IMG/VR virus record: IMGVR_UViG_3300025174_000005
Strand: one strand, 5' to 3'
From: a virus
Length of the DNA stretch: 64,000 bases
The translations under genes and the position numbers were made by a program. Below are positions 49,710 through 57,844 of this stretch, one piece after another. Below the pieces are notes generated by a model that was not told the origin of the DNA, did not search any database, and saw only the letters and a program-made list of their open reading frames with translations. How positions within the stretch are numbered: position 1 is the stretch's first letter; every line of letters starts with the position of its first letter.

Positions 49710-51424
49710 TAGCTACCTCGCGTAAAACTTCTACGTCTTATACCTGAACCACCAAATCTAGATACTGTAGGATTAAAGCTGTCGAATCCCCCTCCTCGCA
49801 ATCCATACTGATTGGATGGTATAAACCCAGGCGGAGGGGGCTCATAATCTATATTGGTGTTGCGTTTTTGTAATGGTGAGGTTTTGTTTTCAGGTACGCG
49901 CTTTAAGATATTGCTAATAGGCTGCATCTCAGCATAAGATTCTACCTTGCCCATATTTAAAAAGTGTTCGGTAATACCATATACTGCTAACATAAGAGCG
50001 TCTATGGCATGTTCGTTCTTAGAAGAGAAAATGGGTTGTCCATTTTGGCTCATACGCTTAACTCGATATTCGTTTAACTCTAGGGTCATGAAGTGATCAT
50101 GAGGACTTAGTATAAGTACTTCGTCATCAAACATCTGAGTTAATCTATTTACCATTAGTGGTTTGATTGGCGTTGATGATCTTACCCTAGTATGCGGATC
50201 TAGAATATCTACTGACTGTCCAAAATGTACACCAATTACTTTATCGTGAAGTTTGGTTTCTGGATTCTCCAAACCAACTACTTTTAAGTTTTCTATCTGA
50301 CCTTCTCCATAACCACGATCACAATAGATATAATCTGGTTGATAGAAATCATTAAGCATAACTATTTTCTTAGTAGCGTTATGTAGGGTATATTCTCCTA
50401 TTGGTATTTCATGTCTTGCTATTACGCGCATATAATAGTCTTTATCATCATATCTTTCAAACTGCACAACAACTATCTGAGTAGCAGCATGATACTTATC
50501 CCAATCTACTCCTATTACGATAGGATGTTCTTTGCTATAAAGCTTAGACATAAGATACCCATAATTAGGATGAGATTTGGGAGAATGAGTATACCATGGT
50601 GTATCGCGATTTTTAGCAGTATCTATTTTTTCTTTCTTAAATACCGCAAATGATTCAGAACCAAAATCAGCTAGTTGTTCATGTTCATACCTAACTGGCC
50701 CAATGAGCATACGTATCTGCCTATCACGTTCTTCATTCCAATCTGGTATTGCTTCCCAGCAATTATAGTGAAATGATTTGAAGCCTCTGGGTTCTGGATC
50801 AACACATGTCTCGTAGTATATACCTCTTTTACCTGATGGAGTAGATGTCATTATAAACCTAATGTCATCTGATTGACCCAAGATAGCTAAAGCTGATGTC
50901 ATGTCATCATCCGTACAATAGTCTGCTTCTTCTACCCATATTAAATCACCCCACTTACCACGAATACCCATGGCTGCCATTCCCGACTTGGTACCTGCTG
51001 TTAAGAATTGTATAACAGCACCGTTTTTAAAACGCAAAAATGCAGGTGCTTTAGCGGGCTTCTCTATACTCTCTTGAAAATCTTTAGAGGTATTTATGAG
51101 TGTTAGCATATTCTGATAAATATCATTAAGATGGGTTTCTAGTGGAGCCATCACAATAACTTTGTATCGTTGCTTGCGGGTAGGATCTATGACCTTACCA
51201 TTAGTAAAACATAACCATAAAACCATCATACATACTAATTCGGTTTTACCACCACGACGTGCTACGCGTAACGCAAAACGTTTAGCATTTGTTGCAACAA
51301 CTGTTTGTTGCCAATCACGAAGAGTTTTATCGAAAAATTCTTTTGCGAAGAGAGGAAAGGTCTTAAGAACTTCTATATACCTACTGCGTTGTTCTGGAGT
51401 AAAACGAGTTATATCTATACCCAT
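49709..51424 (-). CDS. terL: Terminase large subunit
   Basis: LRDWQ (Q motif), VARRGGKTE (Walker A), FKNGAVI, WVEEAD (Walker B), STPSG, IGVDWD (RNase H fold), HAIDAL. Confidence 0.95.
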   Translation of the reverse strand: MGIDITRFTPEQRSRYIEVLKTFPLFAKEFFDKTLRDWQQTVVATNAKRFALRVARRGGKTELVCMMVLWLCFTNGKVIDPTRKQRYKVIVMAPLETHLNDIYQNMLTLINTSKDFQESIEKPAKAPAFLRFKNGAVIQFLTAGTKSGMAAMGIRGKWGDLIWVEEADYCTDDDMTSALAILGQSDDIRFIMTSTPSGKRGIYYETCVDPEPRGFKSFHYNCWEAIPDWNEERDRQIRMLIGPVRYEHEQLADFGSESFAVFKKEKIDTAKNRDTPWYTHSPKSHPNYGYLMSKLYSKEHPIVIGVDWDKYHAATQIVVVQFERYDDKDYYMRVIARHEIPIGEYTLHNATKKIVMLNDFYQPDYIYCDRGYGEGQIENLKVVGLENPETKLHDKVIGVHFGQSVDILDPHTRVRSSTPIKPLMVNRLTQMFDDEVLILSPHDHFMTLELNEYRVKRMSQNGQPIFSSKNEHAIDALMLAVYGITEHFLNMGKVESYAEMQPISNILKRVPENKTSPLQKRNTNIDYEPPPPGFIPSNQYGLRGGGFDSFNPTVSRFGGSGIRRRSFTRGS

Positions 51425-51429
51425 ATAAA

Positions 51430-51903
51430 TTAATAAGATGCTCCATAAAAAGAATTATAACCAGCACCACCAATAGAACCTGCTCCTGAATATCTTGCTG
51501 ACATAAGGGCGGCTTCTTGGCCGATAATATTACGAGCATTTAGCTTAGATTGATTTATAGCTGTAAGAGCTCTTGCTCTATTAGTAGCCAAATAGGCATT
51601 ATCTAATACATCTCTAGGTCCAAAGGTTTGGGCACCAAACATCATAGTGCCTGCAGCTTGTCGCCTGTTGGCTTCCATAGCTGTGCCTGCAGCTGATAAG
51701 AAAGGAGCGGCGTGAATTGCTGTCATAGCGGCTGGGTAAAGATACCATAAGGCTTGGGAACCTATTGTTTTAAGAGCTGCTGTAACGGGTTTATCACGCT
51801 CTCCCAAGTGAGAGCGATACTCCATAACCCCACCAATACCAACAGCAGTTGCTGGCAACCATTTAGCTTTAAAATGCTTTGCTATACTTGAAATTAAAGA
51901 CAT
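51430..51903 (-). CDS. Gly/Ala-rich hypothetical virion or membrane protein
   Basis: Amphipathic/hydrophobic segments; operon position. Confidence 0.5.
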   Translation of the reverse strand: MSLISSIAKHFKAKWLPATAVGIGGVMEYRSHLGERDKPVTAALKTIGSQALWYLYPAAMTAIHAAPFLSAAGTAMEANRRQAAGTMMFGAQTFGPRDVLDNAYLATNRARALTAINQSKLNARNIIGQEAALMSARYSGAGSIGGAGYNSFYGASY

Positions 51904-51927
51904 AGATCGAATCCTCTAAATAACCTT

Positions 51928-52320
51928 CTAAAGAAACATATAAGCAGCCGCCATTGGAGATATATTAACATCTGGTGTTTTATTTAAACCAAAAACAAGA
52001 TCTCCTTGAGCACTTGCTTGGAAACGTTGCATAGGAGAATGTCCTCGCACCTCGGCGTACTGTTTAGGATCCACACTAGGATAGTTCATAGCACCAAAAG
52101 CAAAAGCTCCTGCTGCTATTCCAAAACCAATAGGTGCTTGATACTTATGGGCAAATTTACCTAAGCTCCAAGCTCCTTGAGCTAAACCCATACCTGTTTG
52201 TAGGGTTCCCCTGTTAAACACAGCTCCTGTTACACCCCTAGTAATACCCCATCCTGTACGAGCCCCAAACTTAGTAGTGCTCCATACACCTTTTAATAAT
52301 GAACCCAATAAACTTGGCAT
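51928..52320 (-). CDS. Gly-rich hypothetical protein with one TM-like segment
   Basis: PIGFGIAAGAFAFGAM hydrophobic stretch. Confidence 0.5.
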   Translation of the reverse strand: MPSLLGSLLKGVWSTTKFGARTGWGITRGVTGAVFNRGTLQTGMGLAQGAWSLGKFAHKYQAPIGFGIAAGAFAFGAMNYPSVDPKQYAEVRGHSPMQRFQASAQGDLVFGLNKTPDVNISPMAAAYMFL

Positions 52321-52334
52321 TTGTTATTTTAGCC

Positions 52335-52751
52335 CTATAATCCTATTGGTCCTCTTGACCTACCTCTTTGAAAGTTCTCTGCGGGACCACCAAAAGCTAC
52401 TCCACCTAAGTCTCCTAAGGTACCTACGGTAGCACCTAATCCTCGAGCAATAAGATTAGTTCCCATCCAACCTCCACCTAAGCCCATACCTACACCTGCT
52501 ACTTTGCCAGCAGTAGACATCCCACCCCATGCTTCAGCTATACCACCACCAAAACCACTCATTGAACCACCAACTCTACCTAAAAAAGATGGACTTGCAA
52601 GATTACCCATAAGACTAGGCGAACCAGCCCAACCACTTCTCATACCACCAAATCCTGCACCAAACATCCCTGCTCCTTGTTTGATAGCAGCATAAGCTGA
52701 AGGGGCATATCTCGTCATATTATTCCATATACTACCAACAAAATTAGGCAT
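52335..52751 (-). CDS. Very Gly-rich hypothetical protein
   Basis: Glycine-zipper-like GxxxG runs. Confidence 0.5.
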   Translation of the reverse strand: MPNFVGSIWNNMTRYAPSAYAAIKQGAGMFGAGFGGMRSGWAGSPSLMGNLASPSFLGRVGGSMSGFGGGIAEAWGGMSTAGKVAGVGMGLGGGWMGTNLIARGLGATVGTLGDLGGVAFGGPAENFQRGRSRGPIGL

Positions 52752-52753
52752 GC

Positions 52754-53458
52754 CTAATCATCCTTTCGAATATCAGTAACTTCAGCATCAAGGGTAAGCA
52801 ACCGATCAGCTACCTCAGCACCTGTATTACCTGATAGTTGCTTCTTATCAGCTCTCGTAGCTTGTAATAGCCTAAGGATTTCATGTCTACGGCGCATATG
52901 CTTATCGCGAATATCTAGTGATGCATTAACTTCTTTCTTAGTGTAAACCTCACTGTTCTTCGTAGCTAGAACAGGAACATCCACTACTTCATATTCAAGA
53001 GATAATCTCTTCTCGCATCGCTCGATCATAACCTCTATAGCTACTAACTCCTTCACTAACGTGAAGTCGGCAAAGTGGTCGTCCTTATTTGGATCTATAC
53101 CAAACTCACGGAGATACCTATCTGTATTGGTCATAACCAATGCTATCTCAGGCACACACCTGTCACCTATGTGTGCCTCTTGTGCCTGCCACGCACCACA
53201 TATAAGAGCAAAAGGACATTGCTCGCCATTACATAACATGGGTACATTAGCAAACATACCATGAGTACTACGTCGTTGTTGAAGTTCTACTGTTATAGCA
53301 TCAACCTTACGTTGATCTAAATTCCACTCTCGAGGAAATTTCCATCCAGGAGGAGGAGCTGGAAGCTCCCTATTATTCTTAACTAATGATTCTATATTTG
53401 GCTTACGATAATTTCTTCGCATTACAATATCTCCGTTTAATTGATGCATTAGATCCAT
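52754..53458 (-). CDS. Putative terminase small subunit
   Basis: First gene of the late block. Has a Cys cluster (CNGEQCPFALIC...C) followed by a helical hairpin region; assigned by synteny only. Confidence 0.45.
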   Translation of the reverse strand: MDLMHQLNGDIVMRRNYRKPNIESLVKNNRELPAPPPGWKFPREWNLDQRKVDAITVELQQRRSTHGMFANVPMLCNGEQCPFALICGAWQAQEAHIGDRCVPEIALVMTNTDRYLREFGIDPNKDDHFADFTLVKELVAIEVMIERCEKRLSLEYEVVDVPVLATKNSEVYTKKEVNASLDIRDKHMRRRHEILRLLQATRADKKQLSGNTGAEVADRLLTLDAEVTDIRKDD

Positions 53459-53530
53459 AGGTTATTAGGTGCTAACTAATTATATACTGTATATGGTTTT
53501 TCCGCAACCTTAATGGATTGCTTATTACTG

Positions 53531-53650
53531 ACAGAGATCTCTGTATGTAATATTACATACAGTAATATCTTATAAGAGAACTACTTTTAGTAGTTCTCTG
53601 TATTATAATATTACTGACAGTGATGTTATATATATTATATAAAAGAATTA
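53531..53650. repeat. AT-rich cluster of perfect palindromes upstream of the late operon
   Basis: ACAGAGATCTCTGT (53531-53544), CTGTATGTAATATTACATACAG (53541-53562), AGAGAACTACT-TTT-AGTAGTTCTCT (53575-53599), and the direct repeat ATTACTGACAG twice. Confidence 0.85.
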
Positions 53651-53651
53651 A

Positions 53652-53680
53652 TATATAACATATATTGATCTTTTTGTCAA
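53652..53680 (-). promoter_or_regulatory. Sigma70-type promoter candidate for the late block
   Basis: Minus strand TTGACA-N17-TATATA with an extended TG. Confidence 0.45.
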
Positions 53681-53684
53681 GTGA

Positions 53685-54081
53685 TCAGGAATGCCATAAA
53701 TCCATGGGTGAGGTATTAACTTGAGGAATATGTTCTTCCCGCTTACGCTTATTACCCTTACCAGCTTTATCCATGGCTACCGCTTGAACTTTGCTTTTAC
53801 CTGATCTAATTAACTCAGCTTAACTCAGTAATGTTATCTGCAATAGTTTGTTTGCTAGATCCTTTCTTAAGGGGTATAGATCTAATACCTCTTTCTGCTT
53901 TCCATTTTCCGATCATCGAATCGTCTAGGATGTGGTCTCCTGTATATGCCTCAGGAAACAGCTCTAATTGGTCATATAGCGCAGAAGTTACTCCAAGTTG
54001 GTCTAAGATACCTGTCACCTCTAACTCATGTGTTTTAGGCCCATCTGAGATGATAATACATACATAGGTTATACTATCCAA
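53685..54081 (-). pseudogene. Small gene with PLKKG.S..TI..NI.EL motif, frameshifted by a 10-bp tandem duplication
   Basis: TTAACTCAG repeated at 53810-53818 and 53820-53828. Removing one period restores ...DNITELIRSGKSKVQAVAMDKAGK... to the stop at 53685. Confidence 0.6.
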
Positions 54082-54329
54082 GAACTATTTGTCCATCGAT
54101 CTAGAATAGTCATCGTACCTGGTTGAAATTTCTCAGCGTAAGCTACAGCATCATTACTGGTATCAAAGATGTGCCTAATAGGATTATTTATGCTACCTAC
54201 TTCAAATCTACCTTCGGTAATAAATACCTTATCCACCGCCGTTAGGAACGGCGATACCTTATTAGGTAAATCATTATATTTATTACTTCTAATGTTTGGT
54301 ACTATCATCAGGTGTACTCCCTTGGACAT
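54069..54329 (-). CDS. Hypothetical protein
   Basis: Overlapping tandem small ORFs on the minus strand; GGAG upstream of the internal MIVPN start. Confidence 0.5.
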   Translation of the reverse strand: MSKGVHLMIVPNIRSNKYNDLPNKVSPFLTAVDKVFITEGRFEVGSINNPIRHIFDTSNDAVAYAEKFQPGTMTILDRWTNSSWIV

Positions 54330-54579
54330 CAGTTGTTATATCTCCCCACCCTAACTTGTTAGGGTAATATACCTTTTGGATCGAAGCCAGTATTTGATCA
54401 CCACTTAAGTTACGGGGGAAGGCAATACCTTCCCTGTTGTATATTGGGGGATACTCTATCTTAGCTAATCTAATGTTTCCTCTGCACATCCATATCTCTT
54501 TTGTTAATTCGGGGAAACCATCGTCAATAGATTCATTGAGAATAAGTTGTCCGTTATAACAACACCATCTTTCAAGCAA
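54289..54579 (-). CDS. Hypothetical protein
   Basis: Co-oriented, protein-like composition. Confidence 0.5.
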   Translation of the reverse strand: MLERWCCYNGQLILNESIDDGFPELTKEIWMCRGNIRLAKIEYPPIYNREGIAFPRNLSGDQILASIQKVYYPNKLGWGDITTDVQGSTPDDSTKH

Positions 54580-54909
54580 GGTTACTATTTCTTGGAATAT
54601 TCATGATATATACCTCTTGTTAGATATAAAAGCTGTTAAAGCCCTGGCGAAAGCTAAATAAGAGAAGGTTCCACTAAAAATTTTAGAAGGCTTCTTAAAG
54701 CTAGGGGTAATTACCCCTAGCTTCCAGTACCCACCCCTTCCCCTACGATGTGTTCTAGGCTCATTTATTTGCTTGTGGTGCGAGCAGGTAACCCCGTTAG
54801 GGTGAGTGTATGTGTGTGTGGGTGGTAATGCAGATAATATCACAGGGGATTTATCGTTTGGTGCCCCACCCCCCCCTGTGAACTATGTGGCTGAAAGGAG
54901 GTGAAATAT

Positions 54910-54984
54910 ATGATATTTGAACTTTGGATTTGTGTCGCCTATTGTTGGGCGATACTGAACGCTGAGTTCGCAACCATAGAGTAA
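54910..54984 (+). CDS. 24-aa hydrophobic peptide (MIFELWICVAYCWAILNAEFATIE)
   Basis: Strong RBS GAAAGGAGGTGAAATAT-ATG; its stop codon lies in the loop of a 12-bp perfect hairpin (54969-54996). Confidence 0.45.
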   Translation: MIFELWICVAYCWAILNAEFATIE

Positions 54985-55104
54985 TCTATGGTTGCGGGCT
55001 TAACCCCAACCACGGGGTGTAGGTGGGAGGTGGCTTGCGACACCGATGATGAGGTCTATGTAAGACCTGACCGTGAGGCAGGCTGTAGATGAAAGGAGTA
55101 TAAT

Positions 55105-55341
55105 ATGAGTATTTGTAAAGGTAGAGAGCTTTACGACGCCATCATGGAATGGTGTCAGAACCCGCCCGCGGGGTTCACTGGATGGGTAGGCTATGCCTAC
55201 CCGTCCAGCTGCGCAGCGTGCGCAGCTGAAAAGATTGAATGCACGAGTTTTTACATTCACAGTAACCTCGGCCAGTGCGTTAATGTTGTAATAAAGGGGA
55301 AGGAGGATCTCGGCGCATTCTACGCCGAGGTCTCTGAGTAA
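55105..55341 (+). CDS. Small Cys-rich early protein
   Basis: GAAAGGAG RBS; followed by a terminator. Confidence 0.65.
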   Translation: MSICKGRELYDAIMEWCQNPPAGFTGWVGYAYPSSCAACAAEKIECTSFYIHSNLGQCVNVVIKGKEDLGAFYAEVSE

Positions 55342-55351
55342 AGTAAGTTGG

Positions 55352-55391
55352 GGGGAAGGGAGAGCTTACAAGCTCTCCCTTCCCCTTTTTT
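55352..55391 (+). terminator. Intrinsic terminator
   Basis: GGGGAAGGGAGAGCTT-AC-AAGCTCTCCCTTCCCC followed by T6. Confidence 0.85.
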
Positions 55392-55448
55392 GCACCCACC
55401 AAGTGGGTGACATTACGCCGCTTAACAGCGGCAGAAAGTAGGTATTAT

Positions 55449-55616
55449 ATGATGAGTTTTGAAAGTTGGATCGAAAAGAGATACTCGGGTTGGGAACCCG
55501 AGTTAGTCTGGGGGCTTTTGGACAAGCTCCCAGAGTATGTCTGGGAGTTACGCTCGCGATATCATCGCGAGCAGCTTTCAGAAGCTGTTCGCCTTCGAAA
55601 GGAGGTGAGCAAATGA
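55449..55616 (+). CDS. Small hypothetical protein
   Basis: MMSFESWIEKRY...; its stop overlaps the start of the next gene. Confidence 0.5.
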   Translation: MMSFESWIEKRYSGWEPELVWGLLDKLPEYVWELRSRYHREQLSEAVRLRKEVSK

Positions 55617-55777
55617 TCAGGGACCTGATTGATGAGTTGTACCTGGAGGCAGCCCCTTGCTGGGGCTGCCTCCAGCAGGTAGACCAGGACTATGAGTCCT
55701 GGTCGGAAGACCTCGTTCTTACGGACGAGGATATCAACGCGATGTACGATGAGTACATCGCGCGAAAGGAGGGATAG
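55613..55777 (+). CDS. Very acidic 54-aa protein with CxxC
   Basis: RBS GAAAGGAGGTG; MIRDLIDELYLEAAPCWGCLQQVDQDYESWSEDLVLTDEDINAMYDEYIARKEG. Confidence 0.7.
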   Translation: MIRDLIDELYLEAAPCWGCLQQVDQDYESWSEDLVLTDEDINAMYDEYIARKEG

Positions 55778-55847
55778 TTAGGACTGAGCTTACGAGGTAG
55801 TGACCGCCTCGTTAAATAATGGTCACGAGAAAGAGAGGTGAGTAAAT

Positions 55848-56051
55848 ATGTTAAGGTTGTTAATTTGTATTTTTATAGCAGTACTAGGTTGGTTCCTTCG
55901 AAAGAAGGACAACCTAATTGGTACCACCCTCTTATGGGTGGGGTTGGTGGGAGCAGCTTGTGTGCTGCTCCCATGGTTGGGAGGAGTGCTTGTAGTACTC
56001 CTCCTATTAGGAGGAGCAGGGTTTGTTGTTGATATATGCAGCAAGCGGTAG
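55848..56051 (+). CDS. Small multi-TM membrane protein
   Basis: AAGAGAGGTG RBS; three hydrophobic segments; architecture like 58912..59154. Confidence 0.65.
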   Translation: MLRLLICIFIAVLGWFLRKKDNLIGTTLLWVGLVGAACVLLPWLGGVLVVLLLLGGAGFVVDICSKR

Positions 56052-56079
56052 CTTGCTAGATTAGAAAGGAGGGATATTA

Positions 56080-56298
56080 ATGGAATACTTGTTTAAGTTC
56101 GTGCGCTGTCAGTACAGCGCACGAATGATGTTTATCACTAACCCAGAATGGGTTAGTGATCTAGGATACAACCCTGAAGTAATAAAGGGTTGTATCCTGA
56201 AAGCAATCTGGGCACTTTATTTGCCCAGATTGTATGATGGAGCCCTAATAAGATGTGACTGGATATGGTATCTAAGTCACGTCTCAACAAACAACTAA
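56080..56298 (+). CDS. Hypothetical protein
   Basis: GAAAGGAGG RBS. Confidence 0.65.
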   Translation: MEYLFKFVRCQYSARMMFITNPEWVSDLGYNPEVIKGCILKAIWALYLPRLYDGALIRCDWIWYLSHVSTNN

Positions 56299-56314
56299 AG
56301 AAAGGAGGTGAAAT

Positions 56315-56494
56315 ATGAGAATATTATCATCAACTTCTATGGTGGAAGTTGATGATATAGACTTCTGCACTGTATGTGGAGAAGTAGGTCTCCTGACATC
56401 TTGTCAGGAGATGGGCGTATGCGTTGATTGTGCATACGATTGGGGGTGGGTAATAGCCTGCCCCCTGGAAGACGACTACGAGGATTACTCGTAG
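56315..56494 (+). CDS. 59-aa acidic zinc-finger-like protein (not in the ORF track)
   Basis: RBS AAAGGAGGTG; MRILSSTSMVEVDDIDFCTVCGEVGLLTSCQEMGVCVDCAYDWGW...EDDYEDYS; two CxxC motifs. Confidence 0.65.
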   Translation: MRILSSTSMVEVDDIDFCTVCGEVGLLTSCQEMGVCVDCAYDWGWVIACPLEDDYEDYS

Positions 56495-57164
56495 TCTTCG
56501 GAGCGGTAGAGGCTTGTTTAGCTCTACCGCTCCCCTTTTTCCTCCCAACAGGGGTGCTTCGCACCCCCCTCCCTACTTCCTCTTACCTCAAGCCTTCGGC
56601 TCCCCTTGTCTATTCCTATTCCAACCTACCCTTATCTACTACGCCTTCGGCGCCCAACGTTGATAATACAACATCCGTTTGAAAAACCACATCCAATAGC
56701 CACGCCAGTTTTTGACCACGTAGCAGAGCCATTTTTTGCCTGTCCTTTAGATGTCGTTCCCTGTAGCTGAGGTAGTCTCAAGTCAATGGTAGAGCCATTC
56801 TTAAAAACCACCTTATTGGTACTCATCTCTCAAAAACAAATGGCTTTAATCCAGGGTTTTCTTTCAAGGCTTATATAGGGAGTTATTTTATGCCTCATAT
56901 ATAACCCTTAAAGAACCTCTTAGTGCTCCCATCAGGGGCCTTCGGCCCCTCTTCCCTATCCAACTTAACCTTATAGTATAAGTTGATAGCCTATACATGA
57001 GGATACTATTCCCCCCCACTAACCTTGATGTTGTAATAATAGTGTCCCGACCAGAGGGGCTAAACCCCCTCTGCTCTCCAGCTACAACACCTAAAAGAGG
57101 GAGGGGAGGTGCCACCATCAACTCGCCTCCTCGAGCCCCCCTCTTTAGCTTCCCTCTGTCTCAT

Positions 57165-57406
57165 GCCTCTTTCTTCCCCTTACTTCTCCTCATCTCTTTA
57201 CCTCTTTCTTTTAGTCAGCAGCTGCCTGCTGCCTTAAAAAGCAAAGCACATGGGGCAGACATTGTCAAGACAAACAGCGTATCTTGACAATTCAGTTCCT
57301 TGTCTGCCCCATGTGCACCTACAATATCCAAGGCAGCAGGCATCTAGCTGCTGCCAAAAGGAGGTAAAAAAATGAGCTTTATAGAAGTTAAAGGGAAAAA
57401 AGAAGC
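57165..57406. repeat. Large imperfect inverted repeat (mirror-image RBS/start units) around a core palindrome
   Basis: Arms 57165-57235 and 57330-57406 align; inner 16-bp perfect IR at 57246-57261/57301-57316; core TTGTCAAGA-N11-TCTTGACAA at 57262-57290. Confidence 0.8.
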
Positions 57407-57737
57407 GAGCCTTATCGGGCTCGCTAAGGGTTTATTGGCTCGCCCTTTGGGCGAGCTAATAGAAAGATTTAATGCTGAGAAAGGGAGCGTAAGCTCTCCT
57501 GTAATTATTACAGGAGAGCTGGCTGAGATCTTTGATCTCAGCCCAGATGCGTGCGTCTGGACTGGGATCGGACTTGGTCCCAGGGACACGGGGAACCCGT
57601 CCCCGTGGATTACAATAAAGGACGGTGAAGAGTTCAAACTCTACACCGTCCAGTTTGGACGGTACGGAGGAGCTCGCGTGAGTGAGCTCCTCCAGGAGCC
57701 TAAAAAGGCTCCTGGAAAAATCAAGCCTAGTTTCTAG
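57372..57737 (+). CDS. Hypothetical early protein
   Basis: AAAAGGAGGT RBS; GC-richer codons; followed by two hairpins. Confidence 0.7.
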   Translation: MSFIEVKGKKEASLIGLAKGLLARPLGELIERFNAEKGSVSSPVIITGELAEIFDLSPDACVWTGIGLGPRDTGNPSPWITIKDGEEFKLYTVQFGRYGGARVSELLQEPKKAPGKIKPSF

Positions 57738-57746
57738 GCTTGATTT

Positions 57747-57774
57747 AGCCGAGGGCATTAGCCCTCGGCTTTTT
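57747..57774 (+). terminator. Intrinsic terminator
   Basis: AGCCGAGGGC-ATTA-GCCCTCGGCT followed by a T run; an A13 tract follows at 57780-57792. Confidence 0.8.
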
Positions 57775-57807
57775 AATTCAAAAAAAAAAAAAGAAAGAAG
57801 GCGTAAA

Positions 57808-57844
57808 GTTTCAATCCCTTACTGATCAGGTCTCATTTTTCTAC
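57808..57844. CRISPR. Solitary CRISPR-type repeat unit 1 (not an array)
   Basis: GTTTCAATCCCTTACTGATCAGGTCTCATTTTTCTAC, 37 bp. The reverse complement ends in GGGATTGAAAC, the canonical 8-nt crRNA handle ATTGAAAC. Confidence 0.7.

Noticed and set aside
287-53264. Plus-strand ORFs within the structural block (e.g. 4430, 25116, 26895, 43114, 50411)
   Set aside because: Antisense shadows of long minus-strand genes, with no motifs or RBS.
54601-54843. 80-aa minus-strand ORF as a real gene
   Set aside because: No RBS, and it lies in the hairpin-rich strand-switch interval. More likely regulatory sequence.
56632-56826. Terminase fragment suggested by VVFKNGSTI
   Set aside because: Only a short motif match. 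The rest of the 64-aa ORF shows no ATPase features.
55040-56950. Hammerhead ribozyme (GATGAG-stem near 55048; CTGATGG on the minus strand near 56930)
   Set aside because: The conserved CUGAUGA...GAAA core is incomplete in both places.
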